Shown piece by piece: positions 49,689-62,872 of a stretch of 64,000 bases of DNA. The notes below the pieces were generated by a model that worked only from the letters and a program-made list of their open reading frames with translations, was not told the origin of the DNA and made no database searches. Source of the stretch: Anthoceros angustus (taxonomy: Eukaryota; Plantae; Anthocerotophyta); NCBI GenBank assembly GCA_010909165.1, contig MU008171.1:62001-126000 (forward strand), written 5' to 3'. Numbering within the stretch: the stretch's first letter is position 1; each line of letters starts with the position of its first letter. The position numbers and the translations under genes are program-made.

Positions 49689-50317
49689 CTAGTCGGAAGT
49701 ATGATGAGGCCGGTGGTTTGGTTGCGATGAAACCGTCCAGCCTAAGTTGTTTTCGCGTCCCAGCGCAGTGCCACCACCCGATTTTTTGGCATCCTTGAGC
49801 TTCTGCTTGAGGCGCTGCTTCCTTCCGCTGCCGCTCCCACCGGACGGGCTTGCGGTCTCCTGTTGCTGCCTGGGAGGAGTTCCATGCGGTCCCAAGTATA
49901 GATTCTCACCGGTACCTACGCTACTGGCCTAACAAACACATCACATTGATTCACAGCAGAGCGCACGATTAGCACTCGTAGGCAACGAGGGCACCAATTG
50001 AGAAAAGCCGGCCGACTTCCACTCGTACCCTGTGCGGCGATTTTGTGGAGGAGTCCCCGGATTTCCTGCGTCTGCCCGCGTCCAGGCTCGGAATCTCGAA
50101 ACCGTGCGCGTCTGCAAAAAAATGCAAAGAAGGGGTCCAAAAATCAACACACCTGTCCTGTCCGGCTCAGCACATTAATCCCCTCAGGCAGGCAGGCACA
50201 GGCAACAGGAGCAGGCAAAGAATTGAATCAAGCTGCAAGAGGAAAACGAGAAGTGATGAAAATGTAGGGACAGAGTTGCATTGCACGTAGTGTACCGACC
50301 CCATCCCGCGTCGTCAT
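49689..50317 (-). CDS. Small 3-exon uncharacterised plant protein (~114 aa; exons 50317-50296, 50111-50029, 49928-49689)
   Basis: Two GT-AG introns with pyrimidine tracts join in frame to give MTTRDGVDAHGFEIPSL...ENLYLGPHGTPP...GRKQRLKQKLKDA...GREN. I recall these motifs from a conserved uncharacterised land-plant family. Confidence 0.7.
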
Positions 50318-50894
50318 GGTCATCACAAGGCGATGCTGCAGCTGAACAGGAGGGCTCCATCGCGGAAGCTGGTCACGGTGCGGCTCATGGAGGCAGGCTG
50401 ATGTCGGGCCGGGTCGGGCAAAGTGCTCGCTGCTCGCTGCTTCCAGCCTGCTTTGCGCTATATGTATGCGACGAGCCGAGCGGCTTCGCGTTGGAGTCGG
50501 GGCGGCAGAAGTCCGGATTGGAGCCGACACGGCACGGCAGGCAATTGCCTCGCACATGCCAAGCTCGTCCACGCCCGCACGCTGCGCTGCCAGAGTGCGC
50601 TCATCAGTCAGGGAGTGACAGTATCTGCCCCGACCGCCGGCAAGCGCACGAGCGGCTCTGCTCAGGTCGCGTGCCCTCCTTTGTCCTTTTTTGAACCAAG
50701 AGGACGGAGAAACGCCAATCGGCAGGGCACTGCAGCGTTGCCGTTAGAATACCTTTTTCCCAACTCCATAGCTTCATAGCTGGAGCTTGGAAGCGGAAAC
50801 ATATTCTTCTTCGGGTACCTTTGTATCTACATGATAATCATATACAACGCGAGAAAAGGGGTTTTTTTTGTACAAGGGCCGGTCAGGCTCAGGC

Positions 50895-53800
50895 TCAGGC
50901 TCGGAAGACAGCACTACCTCCCACATATGTTGCCACAAGGGACATGGGATCTTCGGATCTTTCCAATGGGCTCCTGGATAGAACCACAAAGTCTGCATAC
51001 TTGCCGACCTCCAAGGAACCCACATCCGCCTCATTGCCAGCTGCATATGCAGCTGCAGCCGTGTACCTGTGTGCCCGCCAGCAGCAGCCAACAGCGAGAT
51101 CGTGAGCTCCAGATACACTTATCCTAGGCTAGCTATCGCGGATGTGCATGCTCCAGATAAAACATTCGGGAATGGATGGGACAACAACAATGACTTCTGG
51201 ATGGAACTAGTAGTATGACGTCATGCCATGTAGCTACTACCCTCCCTCACCCGATCAAGGCAGCTTCTTCGGTGAGGCATTCTTCAGGCATCCACGTGGT
51301 AAGGCTTCCAGTCGCTCTTCTTGTGATGGCTGCTCGCATCCCGCCCAGAGGGTCCAGAGGTGCAACCTGTTAACAGGTAGGAAAGAGGGTTGTTGATCTA
51401 ATGCATTGAAGGTGTGGCAACCGCATATTGGTACTACTATCTCCCAACAGAATCCCATTGCACTGCACTGACCGTCCAGTCTGATCCTAGAGCGACTCGT
51501 GTGCCGTTCCCCAGCAGTGACCGAAACAAATAAGATCCTCTCCGAGCACGATCCTGCCCCAGCTTCTTTTCGGCACTCACCACGTCATCCTCCAAGTGCT
51601 GGGGCTGCACAACACCATACTCTCAGTACTTCAGATGAGTCAAAGACCCGGCCTGGCCGTGCATCGACCTGGACACCTGGCATCCTCCGCCGATACATAT
51701 AAACCCGGATGACAGCCCCACCTGCATTGAGGCAATCACACCGGCGGCACCGAACCTGGCAGGTGCTCCTGCTGATAAATGCTGACAGTGCTCAATCTGC
51801 ACCACATGCATCCGCCACTTGAGACGCCTCTAGTGCATCACTGCATGTTGGACAAACCAAGAAAGGCATACACACTGACTGACTCTCAGACGTCGATCTC
51901 GTGGTCCATTGGCTGAAATTGCAGCTTCATATGCAGTCAGAACTTCATCGACTGCTGCATCCCCAATGGCATGCACTGCCACCTTCAATCACAAGCATTT
52001 GACGAATTAGATTCCACCTAAACGCTGTTAAAAAAGAAAACACGGTGGGGACGGATTATATGAACCTTCTTACCTGAAGACCATGCGCATCTGCATTCAA
52101 AATGGCCTCAGCGAGCTCATTTTTCTCAGCGAGTCGAAGTCCAAAATTTTGTGGGTCGTCTTCATATGCCTGCAGTATCAGGTAATTGAATGAGCCAGAA
52201 AGCACAACGGTAAAGAGACAACCATCTATGATAGACTCACATGTCAGGACACACAACTTCCCATACCTCATGAAACAAAGCACTGCTAGATCCGAGAGAC
52301 CCATCTGCAAAAGCTTTAACTCCACCAACACGCAGCCATTCACTTAATTGGTATCCTCTCTCTCTCACCAGGGCCTGCTCTTCACAAGCGAAACAAAACA
52401 GCAGGTTCTGAGACCTGGGAATTTCGAAACAGCGTATTCCCGATAATAGTGCCATTGGAAGTAGCAACCTGTCACCCCAACTCTTACCACCACTGAAGGC
52501 CATGTGCGTAGCGGGAGGAAAACCGACACCCGTACTCCCAAGCTTCCCTTTGAATCCGCCCACATGTAGACGTCTAGAAAGATATGACCCACTGATGACA
52601 TGTAAGGAACAAGAGTGTAGTAGGAACCGAAAGAGGGGGCATGGAATGTCATATGTCACCTTCCAGGTCCTTCCAAGCCTGCATTGATGTGTCACCAGGC
52701 AGCACAGCTCCGAAGTCCACAATTGAGGTCACTCCTCGGGCCCATGCGGCCTTGGTTGCTCTTGCAAGTGCAGCCCTGCGGTCCTCGTTGGACGTACTTG
52801 AAGAAGGGGTGGTAACTAGGGTCATTGCCGAATCAATGAGCACACCAGTGGGAGCTGAGAGACGGGCCAAGGGACAACATACGCAACTCTCAGAATCTTT
52901 CGCACGGTTCAGTAATGTGGGGCATGGAGAGTTAGCATGAAGAGCAGAGGGAGGGTGGTACCTCCTGACTCGTCCCTGACAATCCTGCCTCCCGGGGGGT
53001 CTGGCGTGGCAGAAGTTATTCCGCTGATGGCCAGAGCGAGTGTGTTTGCCAACCCCATGTGGCCATCGACCCGAGTCAGCCATACCTGGTACACAAGACA
53101 GACAGCGACGACGATGAGGTGGAGCGACAGCAGAGCTGAGCAGAAATAGCACAAAGACGGTTGCGAAATAGTACCGGATTATGTGGGGAGACAGGATCGA
53201 TCCAGGAGGCTAAAGGAAGGTTTCCGCCCCAGCGGTCGTTGCTCCAGCCAGAGCCCAGCAGCCAGTGACCGGGTGGCGCAGCTGATGAGAGGCAGAGCAA
53301 GCCCATGCGGCATGAGACCAAGAATGAGTAGGGATATCCAAGGCAGCAGCTAGGGATGCAAGGCGGAATGCAGAACCTTGCAGGGCCGACTGAACGAGGC
53401 TGACGAAGTGCTCTTGGGTGTGCGCGTGATGGAGGTCCAGCTTGAGCATCTGAAGGTAGACAAGAGTTGAGTGTCCCTGTCATTTTAGCATGGCTTGCCC
53501 TGGAGTCTACGTGAGGAAACAGGCACGCACATGAGGAAAAAAAACACGCTGCCACTGACCTGGAGGCCGCCTAGAATGAAGTGGACATGGGAATCGATGA
53601 AGCCCGGGGTGACAAACGCGGAAGCCAAGGGCACGAACTCCGTGTCGGGTCCTGCACACTCCTGAAGCGGCAGCAGCAGCCGCAACAGCAAGCAGGTCAT
53701 GAGGTCAGCTCATGGTCACAGCAGGCAAGCGCATGGCAGCAGAGCGGAAAAGGCAAAGGCGAAAGAAAAGCAAGCCAACCGCGACATGCGCAGCAGAGCC

Positions 53801-54058
53801 GAGGCAGAGGACGCGGCCCCGGCTCACAGCCAAGGCCTGGGCCCATGGCAGCGCAGGATCCCCGGTCCAGAAGCTCGCATCGGTGAAGATGGTGTCAGCC
53901 GTTTGATGCGCATTCCGATTCCCGCGGGGAATCTGATTCCAGGGCCAGGTGTCCCAGGGCGCTGACGACGGCCCTGGCTCCGGCAGCAGCAGGATGAGGA
54001 GCGGGACGAGGACCAGGCAGCGCAGGCCCAGGCACACGCGCCGCTGCTTGCGCCCCAT
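50895..54058 (-). CDS. LAF3: Amidohydrolase-3 family protein, LONG AFTER FAR-RED 3-like, multi-exon
   Basis: N-terminal membrane anchor. Motifs [82 protein letters not shown] and [15 protein letters not shown]. Stop at 50895-50897. Confidence 0.92.
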
Positions 54059-54166
54059 GCTATCCTCCTCCTTGGTTGGTGGCCGGCTCCCGCTGCTCAC
54101 CACGCGACGCTCTTCTCTCACACAACAACACCCTCCTCATCCGTCCCCCTCCAACGCACCCTCCCG

Positions 54167-54204
<38 letters not shown>

Positions 54205-54545
54205 GAGCCTGTACATAAACACTACGTCTCACACACACCACACACAGAGCCTCCTTCCTCGTCAGGCGCCGAGACGAGAGGAGACGAGACGTCCCGAGAG
54301 TCGACACTCGGTCCTGAAACAAATATCTGCCTGACTGCTTGCCCCGCGCTGGTCCCGCCTCCCCCGCCTCGCCCCGTCCTGTCCCGAAGTACATATAAAG
54401 AACACTCCTCCAGACCCGAGTCCTAGGCTCCGCTTCCGCTCCGCACGCCAAGGTCGTGAAGCTAGCCAGCAAGGAAGGAGGGAAGCAAGGCAAGGCAAGG
54501 CAAGGCAAGGCAAGGCAAGGCAAGGCAAGCAAGGAGGAGAAGGAG
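54059..54545. promoter_or_regulatory. Compact divergent (bidirectional) promoter region between LAF3 and the mutase gene
   Basis: Head-to-head ATGs separated by 487 bp; TATA-like CATATAAAG at ~54392; (GAGCCT)n and (GCAAG)n microsatellites in the presumed leaders. Confidence 0.6.
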
Positions 54546-56762
54546 ATGGCGGCTGGCATTGGAAATGCCGCGGCCGGAGCGTCTACCTCGCCTTCGCCGC
54601 TGCTTCCTCGCTGCTCCCATCCTGCTCGGACCTCGCCATGGCCGTGGCTGCAGATGCGGATGCGGATGCCGATGCCGTTGCAGCTCCATCTCCATCCGGC
54701 TCTTGTTTCTGCGTCCGTTTCCATGTCGTCTGCAGCCTCGCCGGGAGGAGGAGGAGGAGGAGGAAGAAGCAGATTGCAGCGAGCTGCTTCCGCGGCGGCA
54801 GGATCCCCAGCGCTTCAAGAGGAAGAAGAGCAGGTAGACGCGGAGATTCTTCGGCTGCAGAACGGTTCGGACATCCGTGGCGTGGCCATGGAGGGGGAGC
54901 CCGGGCGCAGCGTCACGCTCACCCCGGCCGCCGCGTTCCACATCGGGGCCGCCTTCGGCCGCTGGGTGGCGGCGAATCGCGCCGGGGAGACGTCTCGAGT
55001 GCGCGTCTCGGTCGGACGCGATCCGCGTCTCAGCGGGCCGTCTCTCCTGGCTGCCGTCGCTGCCGGCCTGCAATCCTCCGGGTGCGCCGTCTTCGACATG
55101 GGCCTCGCCACCACTCCTGCCTGCTTCATGAGCACCGTGCTTCCGGGCTTCCTCTTCGACGCCTCCATCATGGTATTTTCGCACCTGCCCTTGCATCTCA
55201 AGCCATGTATCTCACCTCTCGTTGCAATGCCATGATCTGTGAGTTGTTGCCGCGAGATCGCTCATACAAATCGTAGCTTCTGCATTGTAGCTGCCTTGCA
55301 TTGCAGCTACAATGAGGCCAGGATCTGAGAGTTCTTGAGCGAGAGACCACTTCGCTAAATCGGAATTGTGTGACCCCCTCCCCAGCTCACGGCCTCACAT
55401 CTCCCCTTCGCACGGAACGGGCTGAAATTCTTCACGCCCCGCGGCGGGCTGGACGTGGGGGACATCGAGGCCATCTGCCTGGGAGCCGGTCGTGACGCCG
55501 CGAAGAATGCGTCCCCTCTTCTCCTCGCGCCCGGCCTGCTGCAACAGCAGCGGCTGCCGAGCTCGGCGGTGATGGCGGCGTACGCAGCGCATCTGCGGGA
55601 GGTGATCAAGAACGGAGTGGCGCACCCGGATCCGGGGCTTCGCGACAGGCCGCTGCAGGGGCTAAAGCTGGTGGTGAACGCGGGGAACGGGTCGGGCGGC
55701 TTCTTCGCGCGCGACGTGCTGGCGCCGTTGGGAGCGGATGTGAGCGGGAGCTTGCACCTTGATCCGGACGGGCTGTTTCCGAACCACGCTCCGAATCCGG
55801 AGGACAAGAAGGCGATGGCGGCGACGGTGGAGGCGGTGCTGCGGAGCAAGGCGGATCTGGGAGTGGTGTTCGACACGGACGTGGATCGCAGCGGCGTGGT
55901 GGATCAGGAGGGGCGGGTCATCAACGGGGACCGCCTCATCGCGCTGCTGGCGGCCATCGTGCTGGAGGAGCGCGGAGAAGAGAAGGAGAGAGCCACGATA
56001 GTGACGGACGCGCGCACCAGCGACGGCCTCTCCGCCTTCATCCAGCGGCGCGGGGGAACGCACTGCCTCTTCCGCGTCGGCTACCGCAACGTGATCAACA
56101 AGGGAGTGCAGCTGAACGCGAGCGGCGTCCCGGCGCCGCTCATGATGGAGACCTCCGGCCACGGCGCCATGGCGGAGAACTACTTCCTGGACGACGGAGC
56201 CTACAGCGCGGTGAAGATCATCATCCACCTGGTGCGGCTGCGGCTGCGGGATCCTCAGGCCGCGCTGGGACAGGTGATTGCGGATCTGGAGGAGCCGCCG
56301 GCCGGGGAGAGCGTGGAGCTCCGAATCAACATCCTGTCGCCGCCGCAGCATGTTAAGCGGCGGGGCGCCGAGCTGGTGGAAGCCTTTCGGAGATTTCTGG
56401 TGGTGAGCCAGGAGAATGGCGGGGATTGGAGGCTCGGGGAGTGCGGGGACTGCTGGGTGAGCGACGGTTGTCTGGTGGACTGGGATCTGGACACGCCTCT
56501 GCCCGCTGACACGCCGCCGCCTCCCGGCCTGGACGCGCACATGTACCGCGCACAGGTGGAGAACACGGGTTGGGTGCATCTGCGGCAGAGCATCCACAAC
56601 CCTAACCTGGCGCTCAACCTGCAGGGTTCCCGGGCCGGCGCGTGCCGCGAGATGGCGCACACCCTTCTGCACTCCTTTCTGCTCTCGCCGCCGGCTGTGT
56701 CTCGCGAGCTCGACTTGTCGGACCTGCACCGATTCCTGGAACAGCAGCCGGCGGCAACCTGA
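54546..56762 (+). CDS. Phosphomannomutase/phosphoglucomutase-family protein, probably plastid-targeted (exons 54546-55172, 55386-56762)
   Basis: Transit-peptide-like N-terminus. Motifs LQNGSDIRGVA, VGRDPRLSG, GLATTPA, catalytic TASH, NGLKFF, metal loop FDTDVDRS and METSGH. Confidence 0.94.
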
Positions 56763-57463
56763 TCTCACCAACCAATAGGTACCCACTGAATTGAATCGGT
56801 TTGCAATATTCATCAAATATCCACATCCATTCACACGGAAAATGCCGTCGTCGTCTTCATCGACATAGACTTAACATGCTTCCACCATCCCCTGAGGACT
56901 GAACCGAACGTAACACACATTGAAAACTACACTTCTACAAGGCACCTGGCGTACACACTTGTACTGTACCGCCAGGCAGGCGAGGGAAATGTGCTGAATC
57001 CAGCGACGTCTTCTGCCTTTGGAATAATATCAGACATCAGGTGGGTCCTGCACCAGGACACAAGCACCTCACCTATTCCTTCATGCCTTCCTCCCATCCT
57101 CATATGTAGTATCTACATCTATGCATAGGTGTTCTCTACCTGCTTGATTTTTTTGAGAAGATTACATTTTTGTGATTAGAATGCTCTGCACGGTCCTGGA
57201 CGAATGAGGCTGGCCCAGCCTCACATCCCGACAAACCGACCTTTACCTCTTTTCTGCACAGTATATACCAACAAAGGTGCCAAGGAACCAATCAACCACA
57301 CGAGGCTCGCTCACCAACAGCAAACTCAAAATCACTTCCTAGAAAGCAACAAGCTCACCTTGTACATGGTCCAACCAGCGCCGCGGCAGCTCATGTGATG
57401 CGGCAGCAGCAGCTGCTGCTGGGCTGGACTGGCCTAGGCTCGGCCAGGCTAGCATCGGCCAGC

Positions 57464-60400
57464 TTATCTCGGGTCCGGGAAATCTAATGTCTCCGAGAAC
57501 ACGGGTGATGGATCCAACGGAAACGAAGGTGGAAAGTTGGAGGGAATCCTGATGTCGTTCACTGACAAACACAGCGAGTCAAGGCTTTGCGCCGATGCCA
57601 TATACTGTGACGCGTTGTTCTCTATGATCAAGGCATCTTCCAGCTCCCGAATTATGTCACCCATCGTAGGGCGATGGATGGCATGAGGCTCCACACTGCA
57701 TATTGCAATCTCGAGCACTCTCCACATGGCCTCAGCAGTGTAGCTTCCGCTGATTGCAGGATCCACTATTTCCTGTAGTCTTTGCTCTCGAATGAATGGC
57801 CGTGCCTGTGGGTCGACAACCAAACCTCAGTTTTTTGCTTCCAAACACCACTGTCAGCTGGTCATGCTTCAACCAACATACAAGCCACTTCGAGTACGTA
57901 CCCACTCCACCAAACTCCATTCTGGCCGTGGCCGGTGAATATTCAGAGGCTCACGCCCACATATGATTTCTAAAAGAACAATACCAAAGCTAAAAACATC
58001 ACTTTTCTCTGTCAGCTGTTGTGTAGCATAGTACCTGCACTCGAAACAGCCCATCAAAGTTAACCCCGGCTCTCCTGCGCCAAGTGACAACCACTCAATT
58101 TCTTTCATATCGAGAGCTTACTCTGGGTCAAGATAGCCTGCCGTGCCTCTAACTTCTGTAGATACCAGACTGTCCCCTTCCTGGGGAGCATACTTTGAAA
58201 GTCCAAAATCTGCCACTTTGGCAACCATTCTGTGGTCAAGGAGTATGTTACTTGACTTGACATCCCTGTGTATGATACAACGATCGCCTCCTGTGTGCAG
58301 GAAGTAAAGGCCTGCATGCCCCACAGCAGCCAACAATAGTGCACGCATCGATCAGTGATCAGTATGGCAAATGGAGACCAGAAAAATAACCTTCAAGAAG
58401 CTGAGGAGACATCACACAACCTCGTGCTGCTCCCAAGGCAATGGTGAGACGAGTCTGCCAGTCAAGAGATTTCCGGCGGGCAGCTTCTCCTGCATACATT
58501 TCAGTGCCATGGTCAAATTGACACCCATAACAAGGCAACAATATCCTCCTTCCATTGCAACAGAAAGTAAAACAAAAATCAAAAGTGCGCACCATACAGC
58601 CGGTCCTGCAGAGAACCGTTGGACATGTATGGATAAACAAGTATCTGGCTATCTCCATCTGAGCAAGAGCCGATGAGTGGAACTAAGTTCTCATGCCGCA
58701 CTTTTTTCAGAAGATTGATCTGAGTTTCAATCAAGCAGAAAAGCAAAGTTCGAGTGAGTGGCTTGCCCTACAATCCAAAAAAAAGTGCTGACAGTGTACG
58801 AAAGGGGAAATGTTACCTCTGAATAGAATTCACGTGCTCCTTGGTGAGAAGACGCTGACCGCACTTTGACAGCCACAGCCTGCCCATCAGGCAGTGTTCC
58901 ATAGAATACAGCACCAAACCCACCTTCACCAATCATGCTTTTAAAATTGTTGGTTGCCAACTCTATCTCCTTCAGGGAGAATTGCTGCACCTCACCCGGC
59001 AACCAATCAAACTCCACCGGCAAACTAAGAGGTTTCATGACGTCTGCAGAAGTCAAACCGAATATCATCATCTTGTAGGCTCTTGCATGACTCCTTACGC
59101 TGTCAAACACTCAGAGAAGACGTATATACTCACAGCTGGGGGGCGGCGCAGACAACAAGGAAGTCCCGTTTTCGGAAAGCTCAACACTGTGCTTACTTAT
59201 GCAGCACACCACGAATCCTCCGACTACCACCAGTAAACAAAACCCGATACCCCCAACTAAAGCTCCTATGAGAATCTTCATCCGTATGTTCCCTGAAGAG
59301 GTACCAGAGAGAAAAAGGTAGGGATTCCCTGTGAAACTGGCACGCCATGAAAATTCAACAGACAACGATTCAGTGAGTAATAACCACATGTGCAAAGTGT
59401 GAGGCACACAAGGCTGCAAGCTTCACCTCACTTACTTGTACTGAACCTTTGAATCATTCAGAGACCGCAAACGGGAGGAGGAAATGCTCCCACTCAGATT
59501 GTTTTGTTGCAATAAACTGCACAACATCCAGCATGACAATTGCACAGCTGAAGCACACGACCTTCAAAGGTGGCCCAAGTTGTCAAACTCAAAAAGACAC
59601 ACACTTGCAGGAACTTACATAGATTTCAGATGTGGGAGGCTGAAAATATAGTCTGGGATTGTACCACTCAGCTCATTATCATGAAGGTCTCTGTGAATGG
59701 CCCACCAAATCTGTTCACCAACAATCTTTTCTCTACTGAACAGACAGACAGCAAGTACAACAGCAAGGGTGGAAGAAACGTACAAGGAACTCAGTCTTAA
59801 CAGATTTGATACCTCCGGGATTGGACCTGTCAGAAAATTATCGCCAAGCCAACTGCCAGGACATCACATAAGCCCCAGCCAAGAGGATAACACATACACA
59901 GCGCTGACTCCTGATAAACTTACAGATTTTCGAGGTTGATAAGTAAGTTTATATCACTAGGTAGAGGGCCTGTGAGATCTGTGCCAGCCAGATTCCTGTA
60001 CAACTTACAACAGACCAGGTCAGAAAATCCATATTAACACAACGGCCCCACATGCTAGGAGACCTACAACACTCCCTCTGCTTGCTATAATTCCCAAGAC
60101 ATTCTCGGAGTCCTCTTGGAATCCGAATGACCACACGGGACAAGGCACCTACAAAGTAGTAACTGTAGGTTGACCCGTATCCAGTGAGCATGTCAGACCA
60201 TCCCACTCACTGCCCGTCGGAAGGCATGGATCTCCTAACCCAGAAAAAATGCGGAAGCTGCTCCTGAACTGTAGCAGGGCTTGGACTGCACAGGCAGATT
60301 CTTCTCAGCAGTCAGAAGACGCTCTCACCGTTCAGGTTCATAACATCCGGCCAGTAAGACCAAACCACGTATCCCTGTTTGTACAGCAATGACTACAAAC

Positions 60401-61878
60401 TTCATCTCCTAGTTTGCGACGAAGCACACAATTGCAAGAAGGAGGGCGCCATCATAAGGGGAACGAGCTCTTGAAAACGACAGCTTTACCATCATCTTGA
60501 CGAGTAGGAACAGCCATGAGCAGGGTGCTGTAAACCTCAAGAGCATCCAGCGGAGATCCAGTAACCGGAGAACCAGTTTGGGACACAAACGAGATGTTAA
60601 GAAAACCACCAGCTGTTACATCTTGATGCAACCACAGCTCCCTTGTAGGAGTAACTGAAGGCCCACTTGAGTTTGAGCTAGGGACATCCACGTCTAGAAA
60701 TTGCTGCTCGCTATTGACAAAGATGTCAATGTTCTCGCCTGGAGGTAACGACCAATATAGCTCCGACAAATAGAGGACAAGATAATGGGCAGAGCTGTTA
60801 TCGATTGACATAACCAAATCAATCCGGCTCGAGTAGCAGACTTTAGAAATGAATTCCACGCCAATCCGCTCTTCTACGCATACACTGCAGTCGGTAGAGT
60901 TACTGATAATGCTCGTAGAGTTCCTACGTGACCAGGTGGGACCGGACGTGTTGAAGACATCCCTACAATCAAGCATCCCACCATTAGGCCAGGTATGCAC
61001 GAGCTGCCAATTGCGATAGGGCAGCACCAAACGCACCAAAGGAGCATCCCATGGAACTCCGTGTCACACATATGCACCTGTGATCCACGACCTAGCAATT
61101 CCTAATAAACCCACATCACACCATAATGATACGTCTAGGATCCCGTTGGTCGGTGGAGCAACATACCCGCCGCAGGAAAGGCGATACACCAGATCATACA
61201 TGGTGGAAGACGCATTAAGGGCCAAGTCATCGGGAGGCAGCAACGGCCTGAATTCCAACCCGGATATAACTGGTGACCCCGCGCCGGGAAGGGAAACCAA
61301 GCAGAAGCTCACACTGCTCCTGGGAGCAGTGAAAATGAGCTCCATCGCCTGCAGATCTGAAAGGGGAGTTGAAAACCGCTGCAACCATACATCGCGCACG
61401 TAGGTGGCGTCAACGGCCACACCGAAGCGCGGAGGAGAATTTTGCGTGTCATAGCGGCCGTACACAAAGGTAGCCCGAACCAGGTACCGAATCCCGTTCT
61501 GCACGGCAACCTGGAAGCAATTCTTGCGGCCGTCCGGGAAGTATCTCAATGTGCTCCAGGGATGCATGGGCCCGGTGTTGGGCACATTAGCCGCTCTCCC
61601 GGCAAAGACGTAGGGGTTGTCGGGGACCCAGAGCACGCCGTCATCGGTGAAGGAAGACGAGCTGCCGCAGGCAATGCTGATGTTGGCCGCAGCTGTGCAT
61701 CAACAGAGAGAGCTTCAGGGTGCGAGTCTGGGAGCTTGGCCTGCACAGTGAATTGCAGGGGATGGCGTTAGGGCGTACCTGGAGCGGAGGAGGATTGAGC
61801 CAAGGCCGGGCAGCTGAGAGGTGCGGAGACGAGGAGCAGCAAGAGCAGAGCGTGCCAAATGTGTGCACATCCCGCCAT
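57464..61878 (-). CDS. SYMRK: Symbiosis receptor-like kinase (malectin-like + GDPC + LRR + TM + kinase)
   Basis: Signal peptide [19 protein letters not shown] (exon 61878-61779); malectin-like NISIACG...LRYFP.GRKNC...[13 protein letters not shown]; GDPCLP; four LRR-type exons; TM; kinase [22 protein letters not shown]-characteristic [41 protein letters not shown] and terminal PDPR. Confidence 0.9.
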
Positions 61879-62408
61879 AAGACAGCGAGAGGGCGCAGGC
61901 CGCGGGCGGGCAGGCCAGGCCAAGGAGGACGCATGGAGGGGAGGGACCGAGGAGGGGAAAGGGGAAGAGGTAACAATCCACCGAGTCCCCGCATTGCCTC
62001 TCCTGCGTGCACTGTCGACAAAGATGCGGCATCGGAATCGTTTGACTGTACAGTGCTCCGCTACAGACGCCGTCTATGTGTGTGCTGTACGCGGTCGCAT
62101 TTCGGCGGCAGACTGGTTTTCAAGCCACCGCGATTGTTCAACACCTACATATATGTTCAAGGAAAACTCAGAATTTAATCAAAATTGTGTCACTCATAAT
62201 AACTATTATTCTAATCCTAGTTTTCCTGGCTGACCATTAAATGGTCACTGGTGATCCTTGTTTGCTGCTCTGTTGTTTTGAAATGTGCAAAATGAACCTA
62301 CCTACATATTTTAATTTTCTATCATTTTAATAATTGTGAATATATCATTTTTATTTTAAAAATAAATTAATATGTATAATTCTGAGATAGAAGAGGGGTA
62401 ACTGTGAT

Positions 62409-62848
62409 GAAGAAAAAAGAAGAAGAAGGAAGTAGCCCACTTTGAAGAAATTTTCCTCCATGGGACTTGGTACTTGACAACTTCTACCATGGTGTGCTTA
62501 AGCTATTAGCACCAAGGGCATCCATAGGTTCTTTCACACTTGCTGCCAAACACAAAACCTCATGTCACCAAATTATCCAAGAGTACACTAGGAATATAAT
62601 GAACAGGGTAGGGGATGTATAAGTGTGCTTCATATCCAGAGCAAAAAGAGCCATGGGTCGCATCCACTGCCTATAGGCACCCCATCTTAGTATCAATCGA
62701 AGCGTAGAATGCTTAACAAGAGGGCATCTACTCCCTCTAAACAAGAGGGAATCCACTCCCTCTAAACACCCCATTTAAGTATGGATCCAAGCGCAGGATG
62801 TTTAACAAACACATTCTTATGAATATGTGTTCATTTGGCCTGAGCCAT
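62409..62848. repeat. Cluster of dispersed repeat families A (62409-62524) and B (62660-62848) upstream of SYMRK
   Basis: CATGGGACTTGGTACTTGACAACTTCTACCATGGTGT...AGGGCATCC and CCACTCCCTCTAAACACCCCATTTAAGT...TTCTTATGAAT match 6870-7017. Confidence 0.75.
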
Positions 62849-62872
62849 TTGGAGACATACTAGGACAAAACA

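Noticed and set aside
55662-56834. 390-aa antisense ORF and other overlapping ORFs in the mutase, PRODH and PPR genes
   Set aside because: Shadow frames caused by high GC at third codon positions; no recognisable domains.
50895-61878. LAF3, mutase and SYMRK as a functional gene cluster
   Set aside because: The functions are unrelated, and close spacing is the norm throughout this window.
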